This document shows, piece after piece, positions 63,203 through 64,000 of a DNA stretch of 64,000 bases. Location of the stretch: positions 40,189 to 104,188 of the forward strand of contig CALXOZ010000001.1 in the NCBI GenBank assembly GCA_944390195.1. The letters run 5' to 3'. Below the pieces are notes generated by a model, which saw only the letters and a list, made by a program, of their open reading frames with translations, was not told the origin of the DNA and did no database searches. Position 1 is the stretch's first letter, and every line of letters begins with the position of its first letter. Source of the stretch: an uncultured Alphaproteobacteria bacterium. GTDB lineage: Bacteria > Pseudomonadota > Alphaproteobacteria > CAAGCB01 > CAG-977. The translations under genes were made by a program, and so were the position numbers.

Positions 63203-64000
63203 CTATTTATACGGATCAGGTGTTTCCAAGTAATTTTTCACATACTTTGAAACCCCCTCCTCTAAAGTTGTAAACGGCTTCGTATATCCGACCGCCCGTA
63301 ATTTCTGAATATCCGCTTGTGTAAAATATTGGTATTTCCCTTTTATTTCCAAAGGCAGATCCATAAAATCCATTTCCGGCTTTTCGTCTAACGCAGCATA
63401 AACAGAACGCAAAACATCCGCATACGTCCGCGCACAACCTGTTCCGATATTGAACAATCCGCTGATTTCCGGATGACTGACCAGCCATAAAATAACATCA
63501 ACAGTGTCTTCAATCCACATGAAATCCCGCATCTGCTCCCCGTCCTTATAAGACGGATTGTCGGATTTAAACAAAGGAAAAAGTTTCCCGTTCTTCGCGG
63601 CATGATATATTCTTGGAATTACACTTTGATGACGTGTGTTATGGTATTCGTTCGGACCGTATAAATTAAAACAACGCAGACCGATCCATTGAGGAGGAAC
63701 CGTCTCTCCGCGATTAATCGTATCAATGATCTTGCGATCTAAAAACAGCTTTGTCCATGCCAAAGCAGACATCGGTCTGAGTTTTGCCAATTCCTGCGCT
63801 GAATCACTATCCTTAAACCCCAATGATCCGTCACCGTATACTCCAGCCGTTGAATCATATATAAAAGGAACTTGATGACGGGAACACCACGACCATAATT
63901 GCCATGTCAAATGAATTCGTTCGTCTATCAACTCGTCAACATTTTCTTCCTTGAAAAAGCCTGTATAGTTAATATGAAAAACCGCTTCTATCCTGCTAGC
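63203..64000 (-). CDS. ADP-L-glycero-D-manno-heptose 6-epimerase-like SDR (HldD/RfaD family), 5'-truncated by window edge
   Basis: PPQWIGLRCFNLYGPNEYH, DGEQMRDF, GLFNIGTG, KYQYFTQAD; frame open to 64000. Confidence 0.82.
   Translation of the reverse strand, partial: ASRIEAVFHINYTGFFKEENVDELIDERIHLTWQLWSWCSRHQVPFIYDSTAGVYGDGSLGFKDSDSAQELAKLRPMSALAWTKLFLDRKIIDTINRGETVPPQWIGLRCFNLYGPNEYHNTRHQSVIPRIYHAAKNGKLFPLFKSDNPSYKDGEQMRDFMWIEDTVDVILWLVSHPEISGLFNIGTGCARTYADVLRSVYAALDEKPEMDFMDLPLEIKGKYQYFTQADIQKLRAVGYTKPFTTLEEGVSKYVKNYLETPDPYK

Overview
A 64-kb chromosomal window of mostly core genes from an AT-leaning (roughly 40% GC by eye) alphaproteobacterium. The assignment rests on conserved gene orders: TPR-ispE, alr-mlaEF-radA-cvpA, def-fmt-truA, mreBCD-mrdA-rodA, yggS-porin-DUF3576-leuS-lptE-holA, lgt-pgeF-prs-rplY-pth-ychF, and carD. 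I saw no rRNA, tRNA, CRISPR array or intact mobile element. Accessory content comprises an ArsR/HMA/P1B-ATPase heavy-metal cassette with a visible operator, a heterodimeric ABC exporter, an RND pump and an ANT(9)-like aminoglycoside nucleotidyltransferase inserted between prs and rplY. The strongest leads for new biology are: an orphan coupled two-gene unit resembling a membrane-active effector plus partner (29689-31345); a solo IS1-InsA-like gene that may be domesticated; a half-size large NAD-glutamate dehydrogenase; an unannotated SlyB-like pseudogene; structured leaders upstream of rplY and carD; tandem CvpA paralogs; an HldD homolog lacking the catalytic Tyr; and an apparent excess of the palindrome TCCGGA. 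None is proven novel from sequence alone.
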